Part shown: positions 60,135 through 64,000 of the stretch, piece by piece
Position numbering within the stretch: position 1 is the first letter of the stretch
How the letters are laid out: the number at the start of each line of letters is the position of its first letter
Source: Gammaproteobacteria bacterium
Lineage (GTDB): Bacteria; Pseudomonadota; Gammaproteobacteria; SZUA-229
Direction: 5' to 3'
Length of the DNA stretch: 64,000 bases
Assembly: GCA_013041745.1 (NCBI GenBank)
Contig: JABDRN010000028.1
Location: 59,028-123,027 of the forward strand
Position numbers and translations under genes: made by a program
Notes under the pieces: generated by a model
What the model saw: the letters and a program-made list of their open reading frames with translations, nothing else
The model's database searches: none
What the model was told of the DNA's origin: nothing

Positions 60135-60743
60135 ATGAAAAACATGAAACACAATTTGAAACGAAAGCTGATGATTGGCACTGCAGTATCTGCTATCGCA
60201 GCTGCCACGGCTGTCAGTGCCGAGGTCTCTGATGCAAAAGTATCTGTAAAAGCGATGGCAGATGCATTACACCTGGTGATGGATTCCGATCGTTCGGTAT
60301 ATACCAAGAAGATCGTGAACAGGCTGGTGAAAAAAGAGAAAGTGATCAAAGCGTCCGAACACTTCGAAGATGAAAAAGCACTGGTGTTGCCAGCACAGAT
60401 GTTCAGGTTCGGTTCGGAGATGGCGGCAAAGCGAGCAGAGAAACTGGATGATGTTAATTTCAGTTATACCCTGCAGTCGCTATGGCCTATCAATAAACAG
60501 AATGCGCCGAAGACCAATGCAGAAAAAGCAGGTTTGAAATATGTCGCGGAGAACAAGGGTAAAAATTATTACACGACCGAGAAGCTTGGCGGGGTAAATT
60601 ATTTTACCGCAGTTTACGCAGATACGGGTGTCGCACCGGTATGTGTTTCATGTCATAACAAGCACCCGGACACACCGAAAAAAGATTTTAAGATCGGTGA
60701 CGTAATGGGTGGCGTAGTTATCCGTATACCGGTTGAAGGCTAA
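60135..60743 (+). CDS. Periplasmic monoheme c-type protein, DUF3365/Tll0287-like (PAS-like heme c)
   Basis: Signal peptide; single C-terminal CVSCHNKH. SD AGAGGTGATT directly before the ATG. Confidence 0.5.
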   Translation: MKNMKHNLKRKLMIGTAVSAIAAATAVSAEVSDAKVSVKAMADALHLVMDSDRSVYTKKIVNRLVKKEKVIKASEHFEDEKALVLPAQMFRFGSEMAAKRAEKLDDVNFSYTLQSLWPINKQNAPKTNAEKAGLKYVAENKGKNYYTTEKLGGVNYFTAVYADTGVAPVCVSCHNKHPDTPKKDFKIGDVMGGVVIRIPVEG

Positions 60744-60754
60744 TAGATAGCACT

Positions 60755-61156
60755 ATGTTGACCGGACTAGGTAACATTATATCTCTTGCATTCTCTGTTG
60801 TAGTCTTTACCACGGTCATGGTATCAGAGGCGCTGGCGGATAATGCGGATTATATTCAGTCAGGTGATGAAGCACTGCAACAGGGCCGAGGCCTGTGGCT
60901 GGAGAACTGCGAGGGATGTCATGGTTATGGTATCGCAGACGCACCGATACCTATGCAAGCTGGCGACTGGAAGCACCGCGTGATAAAGGAAAGAGAGGTT
61001 CTATATCGTCATGCTATAGAAGGTTTTATCGGTGAGGACTATAGCATGATGCCGGCACGCGGCGGTAATGAAGAATTAAACGACGACCAGGTTAAAGCGG
61101 CGGTGGATTATATGCTGTTCCTGGCAAATTTTTATATCAAACAACAAGACAATTAA
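60755..61156 (+). CDS. Class I cytochrome c (c5-like)
   Basis: Signal peptide, CEGCHGYG, and a distal Met region (DYSMMPARGG). Confidence 0.75.
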   Translation: MLTGLGNIISLAFSVVVFTTVMVSEALADNADYIQSGDEALQQGRGLWLENCEGCHGYGIADAPIPMQAGDWKHRVIKEREVLYRHAIEGFIGEDYSMMPARGGNEELNDDQVKAAVDYMLFLANFYIKQQDN

Positions 61157-61166
61157 CGAGGTGATT

Positions 61167-61592
61167 ATGATAACTCCACAACAGAAAGAACTGGTACAAA
61201 AAACATGGGTGATGGTCGTGCCTATCGCTGATACGGCCGCCGAGCTTTTTTATGGCCGATTATTCGAGCTGGAGCCCGAATACAAGAAGATGTTTAAAAA
61301 CGATATGACAGAGCAGGGTAAAAAGCTGATGAAGACGATCAATATCGCTGTAGAAGCGCTTGATGATGTCGAACCACTGGTCCCGGTGCTAAAAAAGATG
61401 GGTGCTGACCATGCAGGTTATGGCGTAAAAGAGCGTGACTACAACGTCGTCGGTGCAGCCCTGTTATGGACGCTGGAAAAAGGTCTGGGTGACGCCTTTA
61501 CCGATGAGGTCAAAAATGCCTGGGGTGCAGTCTATGAATTACTGGCAAGCGTGATGAAGTCTGGTGCAGCAGAAGCAGAACAGGCAGCATAA
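61167..61592 (+). CDS. Single-domain bacterial globin (Vitreoscilla-Hb / flavohemoglobin N-domain-like)
   Basis: Aligns to VHb: B10 Tyr (FYGRLF), E7 Gln, proximal His (GADHAGYGV), and ...NVVGAALLWTLEKGLGDAFTDEVKNAWGAVYELLASVM. Same GAGGTGATTATG start context as the 60135 gene. Confidence 0.8.
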   Translation: MITPQQKELVQKTWVMVVPIADTAAELFYGRLFELEPEYKKMFKNDMTEQGKKLMKTINIAVEALDDVEPLVPVLKKMGADHAGYGVKERDYNVVGAALLWTLEKGLGDAFTDEVKNAWGAVYELLASVMKSGAAEAEQAA

Positions 61593-61645
61593 GATTTAAG
61601 GTTTACTCCACAGGAACACAGGGACGCAGGGAAGCACTTATTAAC

Positions 61646-61680
61646 AGGGCCAGTGGACATCAGTTCACTGGCCCATTTCT
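61646..61680 (+). terminator. Putative terminator ending the flavo-heme-globin operon
   Basis: GGGCCAGTGGAC-atca-GTTCACTGGCCC followed by ATTTCTGTAT (weak T-run). Confidence 0.45.
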
Positions 61681-61686
61681 GTATAT

Positions 61687-61998
61687 CTAATAATGAACGG
61701 CCAGCCAGATGGTTTCTGTATCCGGGGCGGTCCATGACACCTTGTGTCTTTCATGTGCAGGTATGTTTAGATGATCACCCTGTTTGAGGCTAAACTTCGA
61801 TCCATCCGGGAAGGTTAATTCGGCGGCACCCTGCAACACGATTATCCACTCGTTCTTGTCCTGATCATACCAGCCGCTATCCGGAGAAGTATGCCCTTTT
61901 GAGATGATCCTCTCGATCTTTATGCTTTCACTATCGATGAGCGGATTGAATATTTCCTGGTCCATATTTTCAGGGATGTCATCAAAGATATTATCCAT
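61687..61998 (-). CDS. Cupin-domain protein
   Basis: Two cupin motifs (GHTSPDSGWYDQDKNEWIIVLQG; GDHLNIPAHERHKV). Confidence 0.6.
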   Translation of the reverse strand: MDNIFDDIPENMDQEIFNPLIDSESIKIERIISKGHTSPDSGWYDQDKNEWIIVLQGAAELTFPDGSKFSLKQGDHLNIPAHERHKVSWTAPDTETIWLAVHY

Positions 61999-62210
61999 GA
62001 TCAGTCCTCATGATTAATGTGGAATATCGGCAAGCTGAATTTGAATATATTAGCCAGTTCATGCAGTTTGTCACTCAGCTAGTCGGTCGTTTTTACCTTG
62101 TAGGCAAGAGGTTTGCTCAAGGCTGCTAGCGCTCTTATTCTTGCTGAAAATTAGATCAGTGATTGTCTTAACCATGGCACGCACACCCTAAGCCTTTGAT
62201 GGAACCTGGC

Positions 62211-62465
62211 CTATTTACGGAATTCAGTGATCTTTTCAAGTTCATAGATCGCGTCTGATATCGTCTCAAGCTTGCTCTCGAGTATGGCCTGGGCGTCATA
62301 GAGCCCCCGGTTGTAGAAATACGGGCCTATCTCTTCAGAGAAGAAGTCGAGCAGGAACTGGGCATCGAACTGGCCGATCTCCTGCTCAAGTTCCTCTGTA
62401 AAATAAAGCTGGATCTTCCTGCTGATGATTTCTTTTTCTTCTTTGCTGAATTCTATATCTGACAT
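62211..62465 (-). CDS. Small conserved hypothetical protein (DUF2164-like)
   Basis: 84-aa acidic helical ORF. Confidence 0.4.
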   Translation of the reverse strand: MSDIEFSKEEKEIISRKIQLYFTEELEQEIGQFDAQFLLDFFSEEIGPYFYNRGLYDAQAILESKLETISDAIYELEKITEFRK

Positions 62466-62650
62466 ATTATTTTCCCTGTCTATAATCGACCGGTGCGGCA
62501 GTTGAACGCATGGCAGGCTATTTAACGATAAAAAACTGAGACCAACTACCTTCGCATGAGACGGTTTCTATGTTATTTGTTTCTTACGATTATGGCATAG
62601 TTGCTGGTAAATATTTTTACCCTGAATATCGGTGGCTTGCCACCCTGGGT

Positions 62651-62980
62651 TTAATGCCCGGTAGTATTCGAAAATAAATGTATTACCAGCACACCTGAAA
62701 CGATCAACCCCATACCGATAATCGCAGGCAGGTCCAGCGATTGCTTGTAGTAGAAAAAACCAACGGCCGATATCAACACGATACCGAGCCCGGACCAGAC
62801 TGCATAGGTAATGCCTAGAGGTATCGTCCTTATTACCAGGGTCATAAAGTAGAATGCGACACCATAACCAACGACCACGATCATGCTCGGGATCAAGCGC
62901 GTAAATTCATCAGATGCTTTCAGCGCACTGGTTGCGATAACTTCTGCAACGATGGCAATTGCCAGGAATAAGTACGCCAT
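62651..62980 (-). CDS. SMR-family small multidrug/quaternary-cation efflux protein (EmrE/SugE-like)
   Basis: Four TM with the conserved Glu in TM1 (IVAEVIATSALK); about 109 aa. Confidence 0.8.
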   Translation of the reverse strand: MAYLFLAIAIVAEVIATSALKASDEFTRLIPSMIVVVGYGVAFYFMTLVIRTIPLGITYAVWSGLGIVLISAVGFFYYKQSLDLPAIIGMGLIVSGVLVIHLFSNTTGH

Positions 62981-62987
62981 AGTTACT

Positions 62988-63653
62988 CTATTTGTAATAC
63001 CTGGTAAAAGTAGCTATATCTTCTCGGGAAGTTCGATAACTGTTAACCAGCGCGTCATCGTCACCATAACCCAGAGCCATACCGCATAGCAGTATGGTTT
63101 CCTTCGGGTAATCCAGTTCGATTTTGATGATCTCGGGGTAATCTGCGAGCGATGCCTGCGGACAGGTCGCCAGCCCCTGATCAACCGCGGCCAGCATTAC
63201 TGACTGCAAAAACATACCATAATCTATATATGATCCGGTCTGCATGACAGCATCGATAAAAAACAGCAGCAGGACAGGGGCATCGAAGGCGCGATAATTA
63301 GCGGCCCACTGATCGACCTGGCGTTGCTTGTCTTCGCGCATGATGCCCAGCGTCTTATACATGAGCAGGCCGCAATCTTTTCGACGAGACGCATAAGGCT
63401 CTATCCACTCGTTCGGGTAATACTGGTAGTCAGCTTTGCCCTTATCCCCGGCGCGAAAAGCCTGTTCGATCCTGGACTGGAGCTTGAGCTTTGTTTTGCC
63501 GGTGACCACGGCTACCTGCCAGGGCTGCGTGTTCACACCCGATGGCGCATGGCGTGCCGCGTCTAGTATAGTATCGATTATTTCAGGTTCGACGGTTTTG
63601 TCTAGAAAGGCGCGGGTAGATTTACGTTGTGCTAATGCCGTGATGACATCCAT
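62988..63653 (-). CDS. Nitroreductase-family flavoprotein
   Basis: MDVITALAQRKSTRAFLDK... and the nitroreductase fold. Likely co-transcribed with the SMR gene (7-nt gap). Confidence 0.7.
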   Translation of the reverse strand: MDVITALAQRKSTRAFLDKTVEPEIIDTILDAARHAPSGVNTQPWQVAVVTGKTKLKLQSRIEQAFRAGDKGKADYQYYPNEWIEPYASRRKDCGLLMYKTLGIMREDKQRQVDQWAANYRAFDAPVLLLFFIDAVMQTGSYIDYGMFLQSVMLAAVDQGLATCPQASLADYPEIIKIELDYPKETILLCGMALGYGDDDALVNSYRTSREDIATFTRYYK

Positions 63654-63769
63654 CTGAATGCTCCTCAACCTCTTCAATGTTGCATGATAGCTTACTGTAT
63701 ATAACGCCAGTATCGCTCAGATTTTTTTAAGGATGATACGACGCTACGAGTTGTAGCATATGTTATGTC

Positions 63770-63976
63770 TCATCCATTGCCTTCGTCGTCTGATACCATC
63801 TTGGCGAAGCCGAGTAAAATTCCGATACCGACAGAAAAAAAGCCGACGGCGAACAATATATAAGCCAGCGATGAACGTGTATCAAAATAAAAAATAAAGC
63901 ACGCTATTATCATCGATAATAAGCCTGCCATGATGGTTATATAACTTTTATTGAACATCGGATTTCCAAAAAACAC
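63770..63976 (-). CDS. Small hypothetical membrane protein (2 TM)
   Basis: ORF only; hydrophobic. Confidence 0.3.
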   Translation of the reverse strand: MFFGNPMFNKSYITIMAGLLSMIIACFIFYFDTRSSLAYILFAVGFFSVGIGILLGFAKMVSDDEGNG

Positions 63977-64000
63977 ATAAATCAGGCGTTGAAGAATAAC

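Overview
This is a 64 kb chromosomal window of a gammaproteobacterium (about 45% GC). Several blocks are collinear with enterobacterial and Vibrio-type chromosomes: glmU tail, envC-ctp-yibQ, arsR-yibN(rhodanese)-secB-gpsA with divergent trmL, and glnA-ntrB-ntrC. No rRNA, tRNA, CRISPR array, transposase or integrase was seen. Most of the window is ordinary: pyruvate kinase, exopolyphosphatase, recQ, a pilT/pilU-type ATPase, two TusE/DsrC-family sulfur-relay proteins, DJ-1, GNAT, cupins, a CDF transporter, mobA, SMR and a nitroreductase. One larger accessory feature is a ~14 kb sigma54-linked MSHA-like type IV pilus locus (26.2-44.2 kb) with non-canonical gene order, a PilS-like kinase and an interleaved ABC-2 transporter. 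The most unusual feature lies at 52.9-61.7 kb. A NasT-like ANTAR antiterminator response regulator is preceded by an NtrC-like dyad and a good sigma54 promoter. It is paired with a cytoplasmic Cache/PAS-like protein rather than a NasS-type nitrate-binding protein. About 3 kb downstream, an operon has a leader carrying a sigma54-like promoter, two ANTAR-type hexaloop hairpins (loops AATGGC and AATGGT) and an overlapping 16-bp intrinsic terminator. The operon encodes a NirB N-terminal flavoprotein module (FAD/NAD plus BFD [2Fe-2S]) fused to a His-rich 5-TM domain in place of the siroheme domain. It continues with a membrane-anchored NapC/NrfH-like tetraheme module fused to about six more heme sites (10-11 CxxCH), a DUF3365/Tll0287-like monoheme protein, a cytochrome c5-like protein and a single-domain globin (Vitreoscilla-Hb-like). 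The wiring mirrors assimilatory nas operons (NtrC/sigma54 plus NasT antitermination) but the enzymes differ, which suggests an undescribed nitrogen-oxide-handling redox system. Other points of interest are a 1152-aa orphan ORF preceded by a perfect 11-7-11 palindrome related to the NtrC-type sites in the window, a putative persulfide-sensing ArsR with an operator next to the rhodanese gene, and a 43-aa membrane ORF with a strong RBS.
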